The position numbers and the translations under genes were made by a program. Below, one piece after another: positions 11,401 through 23,627 of a DNA stretch of 64,000 nt (positions are counted from its first letter, which is position 1; each line of letters begins with the position of its first letter). The notes beneath the pieces were generated by a model. The model saw only the letters and a list, made by a program, of their open reading frames with translations. It did not search any database and had not been told where the DNA came from. The DNA comes from Thalia democratica (taxonomy: Eukaryota): the NCBI GenBank assembly GCA_965202585.1, contig OZ241830.1, positions 19,282,001-19,346,000 of the forward strand. The letters are read 5' to 3'.

Positions 11401-13582
11401 AACAAAAGTTTCCTAAATATAGCAACTGTGTATAGTAGTAGTGCTTATAAAAGGACTATTTTATTTAAACTTTGAATTATGATCATATAAGAAAATGTTA
11501 AAGTAAAATAGTAATTAAAAAATTGTCACACACACTATATTGTACAAAATGGTTTCACTAAATTACCATTCACTTAAATAACTGAATGTTAAAAGCTGAT
11601 AATCTTCCCTGCAATAAAATATTTAAACCCACTGGTTTTTTTAATGTTAAAAATTAAAAAGTCTATCTTTTGTTTATATTTTTAACTTTTATATCAAAAC
11701 GATGATTAAGATTAATTTTCTTAAAACTTAAACTTATTGAGCAAGAAAACAAAAATGCTAAAAAAAAGTGGCCTAAGGATCTAGTGTATAAAAAAAAATT
11801 CTGTAATCCTAATTTTCGTTATTTAAATAAAGTATCGTTATTTAATAAAAATTTTCTTTAGTCTTATTTTCAAAACTACTTTTCGACTCAACTTATTTTA
11901 TTTAAATAAAGGTAAGCTTATAATCTAAAAGTAAAAGTATTAAGGTCAAAAAAAAAAATTACAAAATACATAATAAAATAAAAAAAAAAACGAGTAAATG
12001 AAAAATATAGAAAAGTTTTGAAGTAAAAGTAGTAGTTTAATAACACAATTAAATTATTTTAATGTTTTCAATAAATTATTGTAGAGTTATTTAACTGAAT
12101 GTTAAAAGCTAATATCTCATCTATGTGGCTAAAAAATAAAAATTTATATATATTTCTAAATTCCATAAATAAAAGAACCTATCTTAGGTAATTGCTTTTA
12201 ACACTTGTATCAAAATGTTGTTTTATACTTATTTCCTTAAAAGGTATTTTGATCATTAAATAAACTGACCTTTACAGTTCAGTCCAGTAACATCGAGAAT
12301 TTTCCCGCCTTTACATTCGCACATGAAAGATCCAACAGCGTCTTTGCATTGGGCATCTTTACCGCAAGGGTTGTTATTACACTCGTCGATGTTTTCACAT
12401 TTTCCAGTATTTGGGTTTCCCGTGAATCCCTTTTCGCACATGAAGTCTAAATGAAGTTAGTTTTTTCATAATTTTAATGTATTATGTTTCTAACCAGTTT
12501 AAAACATTTACTGAACTCCAAGCTCCTATAACAGTCAAACATATTAAAAGAGAATCTTTTTTTTTTTTTTACCTTTTATTGAATTTTTCAGCTTATCAGT
12601 ATATAATTAATAAAAAAGCTAAAAAATTTAAGCGTTCAATTAGGAATCTTTGAAAAAAAGTTTGCAAAAGCTTTAAAATTTGAAACGCACTTCAAAATAG
12701 TAAAAGTAATCTTTTTAAGATTTGATTTATTATTCAAGGTATTATAATAAAAAGAAAGCAATTAACTATGTACATATTAATTTAACAAACTAATACTAAA
12801 GTTTTTCTAATTAAAGAAAAAATGGTATTAAATTAAAATTATGCATCTTTAAAAAGTCCAAAAAATCATATATCATTTATTTTGGCAAGTTAGTGCTTTT
12901 ATTGTATATAAAAGCAACTTAAATTTTTACTGATTGAGTAACTTTTTACGGCAAAAGAAATCTAAGCACAACTATTTTATTGTACTAGTTAAAACTTTAA
13001 TATAAAAGTTAATTAATTCATTCAATTTTTTAGATACTCATAATTTAAATACTTCTGTTAATATTTTATCCAGTTGTTCCGCAGTTTTTAATACAGTTCA
13101 TAGTAGTAGTGCTTATAGAGTACTTATTATAATAAAATTTAGAATTTATCAGAGTTTTCCAAATAAGTAGAAAATAATCAAATTTTACACTGCCGCATAA
13201 AGTATTTGTGATGAATACTGTACACCTTCATAATCAATAACTGTTATATTGTTTACATTAACTTGCTACAATATATAAATACAGCATCTAGTACCAAATG
13301 GTTTTAGTTGGTAGCACTACTTTACTCTGCGCTTCAATTTTCATTTAACTTTACAACTTAAGACATAAGCACGAATTTCACCTTACCAGCCGTAGCGTCT
13401 TCAGTTCTCGTTCCGCCAGTTCCACTCGTTTCAGCATCACCTTTATTTCCTAGGAAAAAGTAAGCGGCTCCTCCTCCTCCAAGTAGAAGAAGAACTACAA
13501 CAACTCCTCCAATCACAGCTTTGCTTTTACCACCTCCGCCTCTTCCATAGTAAGACGAATAGCCAGAGTAGTAGTCCGACAT
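2454..13582 (-). CDS. FReD receptor copy A: type II TM, 3 EGF exons, fibrinogen-related domain (predicted 462 aa, 9 exons)
   Basis: Exons in transcript order: 13582-13387, 12446-12270, 10504-10334, 9873-9697, 8949-8816, 8395-8302, 3839-3743, 3660-3590, 2725-2454. All GT-AG, phases match, total 1389 nt with no internal stop. Motifs: KSK then hydrophobic AVIGGVVVVLLLLGGGGAAYFFLG; NIDEC cbEGF; YCDMKTDGGGWTVFQRR, WLG, NGMQFTTRDNDND, KMMIRP. Confidence 0.9.
3904..7968 (+). mobile_element. Decayed hAT (Buster/Charlie-like) DNA transposon, 4065 bp, in intron 6 of copy A
   Basis: 12-bp TIR caggggtcggca / tgccgacccctg; perfect 8-bp TSD gtctaaaa (3896-3903, 7969-7976); broken transposase remnant near 5000-5600 (TSYKVAKLFTKKKIPF, like the ASYxVAxxIAKxxKPF motif of SPIN/GTF2IRD2-type transposases). 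Confidence 0.88.
6767..7533. mobile_element. pogo/Tigger-like (Tc1-mariner) MITE nested in the hAT element
   Basis: TIR cagtaacctctcgcttatttacgcac versus reverse complement cagtaacctctcgcatctttacgcac; TA on both sides (6765-66, 7534-35). Confidence 0.85.
9960..9989. mobile_element. Isolated end of the same hAT family
   Basis: gggccgcagtttaccgacctctg matches the right end of 3904-7968. Confidence 0.55.
10020..12446. repeat. Direct duplication of EGF exon plus adjacent intron (about 10020-10500 and 11990-12440)
   Basis: About 300 nt of intron next to each donor and the exons themselves are nearly identical. Confidence 0.85.
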
Positions 13583-13650
13583 TTGAACAGCTTAAACTTG
13601 TGTACTTTTGAAACATTGGTTTTGCTGAAAAATATAAAATGATAACTAAC

Positions 13651-13657
13651 TACGTCA
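13651..13657 (-). promoter_or_regulatory. CRE/ATF-like TGACGTA about 70 nt upstream of copy A ATG
   Basis: Same motif at the same relative position in B (23541) and C (33941). Confidence 0.4.
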
Positions 13658-14974
13658 CAATAAAAAAAATCAAAGTTTTAGGTTTTCTGATAACTTTCTA
13701 AATTTAATAAAAAAACGGTTCTTCACATTAACATAAATTACTGCTTTAAAACAGTTTTGTTGTCATTGGCTTATTATTTCGATATGACTTAAAAACAAGC
13801 TTAGAAACAAGCTCGATAAAAACAAATTGCGTTTAGAGTAGTTTTTGAAAAACATCAAATAAAATTGACGGCTCAGTTTTTAAATTCTGATTTTTTTTTA
13901 CTTAATTTAAAAACAATTTTCTAAATAATATTAGTAAGTATTTATGTACTAATTTAGTTTTTCTTAAAAAAAAATCAGTTTAATTATTGGTCAAATAATG
14001 TGAAATAAGATAAAATACGCAAACAAACGCTTAAAAACTGAACATTAAGTTAATTAATGGAGGGTTCAAGTTTTTCAAGTGTCAAAAATAACATATGGAC
14101 TTAGAAAAAACTACTCAAAAAACTGAGTCAGCATAGTCTAAATATTGTTAATTTTGTTAATAAATCCTATTTTTGAAAAACACCTAAAATTTGGTCTCTA
14201 GCTTACATTTTAAAAATTCTAGACTTTTTGATACTTTTATTTTAATGAAAAACAAAAGTGTCGTTGTTCTCAACAAATACAGTTGAAGCTAAAACTATTA
14301 AGTCGAAAGATTTATCGAAGATACAATAAAGGAAGATTACTGTATAACTTGCTTTGACTTTAAATCTATTCATTACAAATACCATGAATTCATTTAAAGA
14401 GAACTGTTAATATAATTTAATTGTTTTTATTTTATTTATAGTTTTTTTTTTCAACATAAGTTCTTAAATGTTCTTGTATATATAAAATATAGCATTAAAT
14501 TTTAATTGTTACTTATCTAATAATATCTTTATAACTATCATTATTATGTGTTACCCTTAAAGGAATAATTGTTTTGTTTAAAAAGTGTGTAATATTAGAA
14601 AGTTTAATTAATAAAAAGGAACTTTCTTTATTAAGCAAAATATTTTAATTTACTAACATTAATAAAAATAACAAAATTCTAACCTTTTAAATTTGTTCCT
14701 CTAGTCATGATGACAGTTTCTTCCACACCAGTCAATGGACTTGACAATAGTTTTAAGCATTTTCTATTCTAGCTTCAGGTGTTTCTTCAACAACATTCTT
14801 CATATAGAGAACAATATGTGAGATTTAATACAAAAATAGATCTTGAGAGTAAAGTAGCCACTAAACCAAAATCCAAATTAAACACCAGGGCTCGTTTTAA
14901 ATTTTATGTTGAACTATGGCGCTTAAAATAGATAAATGTAACAATAAAAAATGGAAAATTGTTTGTCTAATCTA

Positions 14975-15025
14975 AAAATTTCGTGCACCCCAAAAAAATT
15001 TTCGTGTACACCTTGACGGCCACTG
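14975..15025. mobile_element. Truncated end of the cagtggtcg-type hAT MITE family
   Basis: Reverse complement cagtggccgtcaaggtgtacacgaaa...ggggtgcacgaaa matches the left end of 29037-29533. Confidence 0.6.
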
Positions 15026-15426
15026 ACTTAGACTATAAGCAAAAGTTTTTCAAAATTATGTAGATTAAGCCTAATATCTGTAAGAAAAACTACAACAACT
15101 GCAGTAATTTTTGTTAGCAGATTTAAAAAACGATTAAAAGTTTTATTAAACAAAATCAAAGAAAAAAATCCTATGGAAACTTTTAAGCATAAAATTTTAG
15201 TCAAATAGAGGAATAAAAAAATTAATTAGCTTAAGCTATCACACAAAATTAGATAAATACTTTAATATGAGTTTTAAAATCAATAGTCAAATCAATAGTT
15301 GCAAGTTATTCTTAAAATAAAATTTTAAATTTAAGACGTGTAGCTACTTTAAAGAAAACAAATATACAAAATATCAAAATTTTTATGCTTTACTTTTCAT
15401 TACATACGGGTTAATAAAACCTGTTT

Positions 15427-16900
15427 CTATACGAAGCATGCAGACTAAATTCTCCCATAACCACTGGAACTCACATTCCTTATTATTTTCCAAACAACTC
15501 CGTCTTCTACTAACTGTTCACTTTCATCAAACTTAAAAGCCCTGACTTTGGTGCAAATGCCATTAAGATTAAAACTACATGAGCCTACCACGCGCACTTT
15601 ACCGTCCTTGCAAGTAGCAAACACTCCCCTGTCGCTTCTGTTAGGTGAACAGAAGGGCAGAATGTTCTCGTCAAAGTAAAACAAGCCGTGCTTCATATCG
15701 AACACGAGCACACGTCTCTGCTTTGGTGGTCCCTTTCCCTGCAGGCGGTTTTGATGAAAAGATTTTCGTGATTTCCGCTGTAAAACAACTTTTCGAACTT
15801 GCGCACTTCGACTTCTTCCAGCCTCTGGTAGTACTAAACGAACCTCACGTTTTCAGCGCCCAGCTTTCGGTTTTTCAAAATGCGAAATTTTCTGCTGCAA
15901 ATTACCAGCAAATGAAAGCTGTGATATCTCGACCACTTTTCTGGCGTGTGGTAGAATAGAATACGTAAAGTTTGCCGTCGCAACAATGCGATAATAGTTA
16001 TTTGGTATTGTACAAATGTTACTAATAGCTTAATTTGCTCAAGATAGGTTTTTTGCTAAAACCAGTTGTTTGGAGTAATCTAGATATTTTGAAATTTTTG
16101 GCTTTGCAAACTTCCAAGCATTTCGTATTCTCTTTTCTACACAGCGACGACAAACATAAAGTAAAATTTTTGTACCCGTTCTCGACTTGGTTTTAAAGAT
16201 ACAGGTTTTCAGTGTCCGTGCTAATCAACGACTTGTTGTCATCTGTTTGGTCTGTACCGTCAATCACATGCTTGTACACATTTCCCGACAAAAGATCGCA
16301 TTGAAACACAAACAAACAGTTTCCACAGAAGCCAACGAACACAGCATACTGTCAAAGTAATGTAGTTTTTAATCAAACTAAACTTTTTAACCACGTGGGC
16401 TGATTCGGAACGCTTAGGTTTGTTTGTCAAGCACCATGTCTCTTCTCTGTTTTGTTGCATAAAGTACAAGCCTGAAAACGACATATTGCCGGTTTCTTTA
16501 AACATCAAAGCTCTCTTTTCTTATTTTCCAAACAAGCGACCACGATTTGAAATTAAGTCCAACTGTGACTGCAAAGTGTTTCGATTTAGATTGAGAGTAG
16601 GTCGAGACAGAACTGTTGCAGACTATCAATTTGTAAAAACTTTGCAAGGTGGTATGCTTCAAATATCGAGATAATATAAAAAGTGATACTGCCACTGGTA
16701 ATGATTTTACGTTATCGAAAGTTTTTTCGTTTTCAAGAATTTAAAAACCGTTCAAGTCAGACTTGTGGTCTTTGTAATGTTTTTAAGACATTGTTCGGAA
16801 ATAAGCAGATTTATCAAGCAGCTTTTGCTCATCAACTTTTAATACCAGTTCATCATTACGACAAAAACAACAATATTTTCATTTTGATGAATATTAAATT
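15427..16900 (-). pseudogene. BTB-domain pseudogene, paralog of 52330-53796
   Basis: Collinear homology over the whole CDS and into the 3' UTR; multiple frameshifts and stops (e.g. TTG to TAG at 15445-47); pieces appear as ORFs 15445-15711, 16260-16508, 16498-16695. Confidence 0.88.
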
Positions 16901-19900
16901 AATCTTAAATATCAAGCTGTTTGATAAAATATGTATAGGTTTAATCGTGTGTATGATATTTAAAATCTGCAACTTTTAGTCTATTTTTAATACCATATAA
17001 AAAGGCTTAAATAAAAAACATCAAAGTTTGAAACAAGTTTCACAACAGTTAAAAAAAAATTATAACTTTTTTTTATAAAGCATTTAATTGTAGTTTTTAG
17101 CTAATAGACTGTTATAAGTTTTCTGAGGATGGATTATAAATCTGAAAACGTTTTAAACTTATGTAATATGCAATAAAGTTTGTAGACTTTTCAAAACTAT
17201 CTTTTAGTTTTTTCTAATTATTAATTAAGAAGAAAAATTACAAAAAATATTTACTGGGTCCTAGACTGATTTAAGCATTTTTATATAAATATTGTCTATT
17301 ACACAATAGAATAAAAAAAAAATTTCAAATCATTTTTCACTAGACCCACTTAAAAACGCTTTTATTTAGTTTTAAAAAATGTAAAATTCAAAAACCTGTA
17401 AATATGTTTTTTACAGTTTTTTTTTCACAATCACCAGCTATGCTATTTGAACAATTCAGAAACATTCTAAAAGTAAATGAAGCAAAAATCTAGCCTTAGC
17501 TACATCAAACTAGTCTGAGTCAGCCTGAGTTAATGATATTAATTTAATTAGAGCAAAAATATGAAAAAGTACTGCTTATCAAGCTTGAATATCAAAAACT
17601 ACTAGTACAATAACAAAACAACTACAAAACGAATAAATGTTAATTAAAAAAAAAACAACAACAACAACAAAAAACATTAAAACTATAGAAACTAGCATTA
17701 AGACACAAAAAAATACCAAAACTTTGATAACTCTAGAGAAAAAAATAAAACAAACTTGTGGCAGCCTTATTTTCTAAAAAAGTTAAAACTATCCGGAGTT
17801 TTCTAAAATTTTAAACTAGCTTGAGATATATTGAGTAGCCAGAGTTTAAGGTAACTTTACTATATTAACATTGAATAAAACTTATGTTAACGAAAAGCAA
17901 AATCAGATTTTAATCTTTTATACCCATCAATAAAGTTGAAAACTTTGTTTGTTATATATCAAGTCGAGTTATAAAGATTAAACATGAAAATATATTTAGG
18001 ATTCACCAAGCTAAGATGTATCAAATAAAGTTTACAGTTTTATTTTTCATAATTCAGATAAGATACCTATATTAATAATTTAGTTTAATAATCATAAAAT
18101 AAAAAGAATTAACCAAACATACTTTAGCTAGTAAATTAATTGCAGTTATAATTCACTTTTGTAGAAAACCAACTTTCATGTAAATTAGTATATTAAAATC
18201 ATTGTTTTAAATTTTGAAAAAAAAAAACTTCTTTGCTGTTATTATATACAATGTAAAAATATATCCTTGCATTATGGAGCTAACATGTGGAATGAAAACT
18301 TTTAACTTAACATACTAAAAATAAAGAACTATCAAAAATTAGTAATAAACTTGTCTTCATAATAGAAAAATATGCTCAATGATATGTAAACCAATTACTT
18401 AATTAAATAGTTCCAGTCAAAACAGTCAAGCTAATCATTATAACGAGAACAAATAAAAAATCAATAAAAATTAACATTAACAAACTAAGCAAAGTTCTAA
18501 ATTTCTTACCACTTAAAGATGTATTTTATAAAAATTTATCACTAAGAAAACCAAAGTTCTTAAAAAGATTTTAAGATTGAACTTACTAAAACTTGTAAAA
18601 TAAACTCAATTAAAATACTAGAAATGAGAGCCTTCACATTTTTTAGCTAAACTGAGTTAATTAACAAACACAAAGTAATATTCTGAAATATATATATACA
18701 AATTTATGTAGAAATATTAGCTTAATGCTACTTGATGCTTCTCAAAAAATTAATTTTTTACATTTTAACTTTAATTTACGGTTTTTAGAATAAATAAAAT
18801 GGTTAATCACTTCATCTTTAAATGATAGAAACTCTTGTGTAATTTTTAATTACAAGAAAGAACAGCTAAATATTGGACATTTTTTAAGTAAAGTTGTACT
18901 TATAGTTGAAAAACAATACTTAATCAAAAGTTATTTACACTAAGTAACAATTTATAGTTGTAACTAAGAGCATCTTAGTAAAAAGTTTCCAAAAAAATAA
19001 TGCTACTTTAAAACTTTTACCTATTATCACGTCAACATTAAAATTTTATTTGAAATCTATTTCAGCTAGGCAAAAACGATCAGTTTTGTTACGGAAACTT
19101 ATAATATTTTAGTGTTATAAATTCAACATTCATTATTCAAAGTTTACCAAATAACCAAAACAAAGTCAATAAACAACGTTTTTAGTGATGTTCTAAGAAA
19201 ATTTTTTCAGTTTTTCTTTTTTTTTTCAGGGGGTCTACAGGAAACATGAAACCAGTCAAAACACGTCCCTGCTTGTAAATAAAATAAATAATTATAGATC
19301 TTTCCACTCGGCAATATAATTTTTTTATAAGAATGGTCTTGTTTTTGCTTATAGTCACTTAAAATGATTAAGGCAACTAAAAATAGAAAACTTAACAACA
19401 GTTTACTTTAAGTTTACTTTAAAGTTAATTAAAAGTGTTAAAAAGATTGTTATTGGACTATTGGCTTATAAGCAAGACGTTGTAAAAAATACATATGAAA
19501 ATCTAATACTTAATCTGTTCTAACAATAAAAACAAACTTTAGTTTTATTTTAATAACATGAAAAACTAGCTTTATAGATAAAGTATAGTAGTTTAATTAA
19601 CATTGACTTAATAATCACAAAATAGAAAAATAATTATAAATATTTTTAGGCTACTTTAAAACTTTGACAAAAAATATTGATAACGTTTAAACATAAAATT
19701 TGTAAAATATTAAATTTATAAAAAGTATTTATTTTTTTAATAAAGAAGTTATTATTTCATAACTATAAAATACACAGCATATGATATTGTAACTCTTATA
19801 CGATTTTTATTGGCCAAAGTTAACTTTATGATTTAACGATCAGTTTTGTACTTATACAGCTTATAAAACTTTATTTATTGTATAATCAATCATTTATTTA

Positions 19901-20675
19901 AATACAAAACTATTTAAGCTTATTTGTACTTATAATAAAACGGAACAGTTATGAAGCTTAGTAGTTATAACTGTTGAAAGTGTTTGTCACATTCAGAAGA
20001 GACTTATAAAAGAGACGCAAAAACAGTATCAAAAGCCGAGCGCGGTTTAAGGTCGTCGCATTTTTAAAATATCTTAGTCGTCGCAGTTTTACGATTCTGA
20101 AGTAAGTTCGTTTCGCAGACGTATTTCCGAATGTTGAGTTTATTTTTTCGTTTTTCTAAGAAGTCTTAAAGTAATACTTAAGCTTCACTTTGTGAAAGCT
20201 TCACTTCACTGGTTTGAACTGTGATGGAGATTTACGGCAAGTTTGAACTAAAAGCGTTTTACAAGCAGGTTGAGGTTGGTCCATTTCGCTACAAATATTT
20301 TTCAATTGTTGTTTGTTTACATTTACATTGTATAACAAAAGTTGCATGCTTAATCGTCCTTTGCTCAATCGTCCCATGCTTAACCGTTTTAAACATTTAA
20401 ACAAGTTTTTCAGATATAAGGTTAGAAAATCAGAGAGTTCAATATGGGAGTACCGAAGAAAAAATCAAAAATTGATACATTTTAATAAAAATGTTGTTTC
20501 TGCTACAATCTTTAAGTAATAATTCTCAAACTTTTACAGTTTAATCTTAATATAATAACAATCATTTCTAAGGAAGTTGCCTTTATAAATTTTGAATAAA
20601 CTTTTTTTTCTTAAAAAAATATTAATCATACTAATTTTTATTTCTATCAATATAAATAAGACTCTATTTTTGAGA

Positions 20676-20709
20676 ACAATATATATTTCATGCTTCTTTC
20701 GTCAGTTGT
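20676..20709 (-). ncRNA. Degenerate minimal hammerhead ribozyme at the 3' end of the Penelope-like element
   Basis: Minus strand acaa-CTGACGA-aagaagcat-GAAA-TATAT-A-ttgt: core boxes, palindromic ATATAT helix III, AUA triplet, 4-bp helix I; helix II is broken. Confidence 0.5.
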
Positions 20710-22190
20710 ATACTTAGCAATAAAAATAAAATTTCAAATCTAGCTTATATAGTGAAAATACAATCAACGTAATTAATAATAAAGAAAAAGGGTAATGAAC
20801 AATGCATAAATACTTCTAATTAACATCCAACTAAAAAAAATAATAAAACAGAGCAACAACTTATAAAACGACTTAAGGAAAACAACGAAACAGTATAATT
20901 AAAATCTTTATGTTTACACAACTTAGGTTTTCTTAACAAAATACAAACAGCCTCAAGTTTAAATAAATCAGAAATGTGAAAACAATTTTTAAGTATTTTA
21001 AATCTTTTTAAATTATAATTACTAGCACAATCAAGGTTATTTACTAAGTGTTCAGCAATAGCAGGTCATTTTGAAGCGTTTATTACTCTAATAGATTTAA
21101 TTTTCTTATTACTCATACAAACTTAATCGATACTTTTTGGAATATGTTTGTTTATTCTTTTGCCAAATTGTCTTGAGGTCATCCCGACATAACTAACTTC
21201 ACAGAATTAGTTTAACTGGTAAACTACCATACTTTGTTTAACTTCTGCTATTGGATCGTTGCCCCCAGATCTAAACATCGATTTGGATACGAAAATAACG
21301 ATCGGCTTTGCCAAATGATAAGTCCTACTTACTAATTGACAGATATCTTTTTCTAAAAGTCTTGAGTTCTTATTGACATAAGGCAGTACTAAAGGAATCA
21401 AGCATTTTTACGGCCCTGCTGGTTTTATTTTGTTTAAACTATTAAGATGTAAATTTATTATTTTATTAGCAAGTTCTTGTGGATAGCCATTTTTATTTAG
21501 TATCAATTTTATTTGTTTTGTTTCGTCAGCAAAAAATTCTCTTGAACATATTTCATATGCTCGATGGCAAAGCGTTCTTATTAAGTTTGTCCTTTTCTTC
21601 ATGCTATACAAAAGTTAATAGTCCCAGTAAACGTTTTCTTTCTATAAACAGATGTAAACAGTTGGTTCTTCTGTCGTTTAACTAAAACGTCAAGAAAAGC
21701 CAATTCATCGTTATTTTCCTTTTCTGATGTAAATTTATTGAAGAATGTGTTTTGTTCAACACACTAAATAGTTCATCAATATCTTCCTCACCTTTTCCTA
21801 ACACAAAATAATCGTCGACATATCTATAATAAGTTACATTGTACTTAGAGATCACCTTTATTTCTATAAAGTCCATGAATATTTTTGAAAAAGTTGGCCC
21901 TAATGTAGAGCCCATGGCTATTCCATCATGTTGGGAATACATTTGTGAATTAAATTTAAATTTTACACCACTAGTTGATAACTTTGAAAGTTGACGAAAA
22001 TTGTTTTTGCTTACACTGGGTGTCTCAAGTCTGTACAAAGTGTCAACACAAATATCTAATACTTCATCCAGCGGTACATTTGTGAATAAAATCTTGACAT
22101 CAAAGGATGCCATATAAGTATTATTTGAATTAATCCTTTTTATTTGATCAGCAAAAAAATGAGTCTTTTAACATATAGTATTTTTTCTTT
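20676..22190 (-). mobile_element. Penelope-like retroelement relic (RT plus GIY-YIG), 5'-truncated and frameshifted
   Basis: RT motifs SFDVKILFTNVP, GIAMGSTLGP, YYRYVDD; thumb RAYEICS...KNGYP; GIY-YIG remnant VVYQ...YVGMTSRQFGKRI near 21150-21230. Confidence 0.88.
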
Positions 22191-23151
22191 CTGTCATTGC
22201 AATTTTTTTATAATTTAAAAAATATTTAAAAGAGAAATTTTCTTATATTGCAATGAAAACTAAATGGAAATAAGAAGTCAGTCACTAAGAAATTAAAGAA
22301 AAGTATTTTGTGCCTTTTTTAAAACATTGAGAAAAAAAGGTTTAATTTTTTTTTAATTTTTTTTGATGAGCTTATGATGAAAAACAGATTCTGTTTCAAT
22401 TCACTAACGTTTATGTTACTAATTTGGTGGAAAACAACTTAAATGTTTTGTTAATTAAATTTTAATGTTTATGTTTGTTGTTGAAATATATAAAAGTGTT
22501 CTAACATAACTAGCAAGTAAATTTGTTTAAGATTTAGAGAATTACAAATGTTTGTTACAGGTTTTATAGTTTAATTGTTGTTATTTTTATATTTAGAATG
22601 AAAAAATTGCCTTAGTCTGTTTCTATTTTAACTTTAATTTATTTTTGTATTTTATTTAGCTTTACAAATAAAGTTTTATGTTTAGTTATATTTTTGGTTG
22701 CTTCTGAACACCAATTTCTGACACCTCGTCATTCAGTTTTTTATAGAAAAAAAGCTTGACACTTCTTTTTATTCTAAAAACGACATCTGATAGAAATTAT
22801 ATACAAAATAAGTCAATGTGTTAATTTTGACGATAAAAATACTTGAACCCCTAATGGCCTTAATGTAAGTTTTTAAGCATTTTTTTTGGCTTATTCTATT
22901 TTTATTAATACGCACATATTCAACACCATTTTTACCAAAATTTTCTATAAGTTATTTAAAAATTAAACATGTGTACAATATATGTATAAATACAAGTTAT
23001 ACTTAAAAGTTTGTTTTTAACTTGAGTAAAAAATGTTAAGAATTTAAAAACTAAGCCGTCGGCTCTAATTTATGTTATTTTACAAACGACAATAAGTGTA
23101 AATTTCTTTAGAAAATTTAAGTTTTTTTAAAACCATACCGCAATAATAAGT

Positions 23152-23452
23152 CAGCAGTCGGCAAACTGCGGCCCTCTAAGTCAAAATTTGCGGCCTGCGA
23201 GCTCCTTTTCAGCCAAAAATATACGTTTTTAAAAAACAAAAAACAAAGACTTTGTAAAAAAAACTTACAGTTAGGCTCTTAATTCAATAAATACATTTGT
23301 TACTGCTCTAATATTGCTTAATTTATCATATTTTTGATCTTAAACAACATTTTTCTACTGAGTACTGAAAGTTTTTTAACAAATAATGCGGCCCGCGAGC
23401 AACTTTTCCAAGGAAAATTGACCTGCGAATTACATAAGGCTGCCGACCCCTG
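23152..23452. mobile_element. 301-bp hAT MITE (family of 3904-7968) upstream of copy B
   Basis: Ends cagcagtcggcaaac / tgccgacccctg; perfect TSD taataagt; the homologous site in C (about 33810) is empty. Confidence 0.85.
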
Positions 23453-23540
23453 TAATAAGTCAAATAATTTTAGAGCAGTAAACCATGATAACGTTAAAAA
23501 ACCGTTTAAATGAACTCAAAATTTTTGAAGTTTTTTATTA

Positions 23541-23547
23541 TGACGTA
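23541..23547 (+). promoter_or_regulatory. CRE/ATF-like TGACGTA upstream of copy B
   Basis: Positionally conserved in all three paralogs. Confidence 0.4.
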
Positions 23548-23627
23548 TAACTTAATATTTTTTATCAAAAATAATGATTAAATAGTAAAAAGTTTGCAAA
23601 CCGGTTTATAAAGTTTAAACTGTTCAA

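Noticed and set aside
15645-16979. Plus-strand ORFs 15645-15959, 16420-16674, 16683-16979
   Set aside because: Antisense shadows of the BTB pseudogene.
19229-19275. Possible micro-exon after a poly-T cag acceptor
   Set aside because: No partner exons or recognisable peptide; weak donor.
20209-20228. actggtttgaactgtgatgg resembling the EGF exon end
   Set aside because: Match under 20 nt with no upstream EGF homology.
22364-22400. TGATGA...GAAA hammerhead-like string
   Set aside because: Lacks the initial C, a paired helix II and a helix I.
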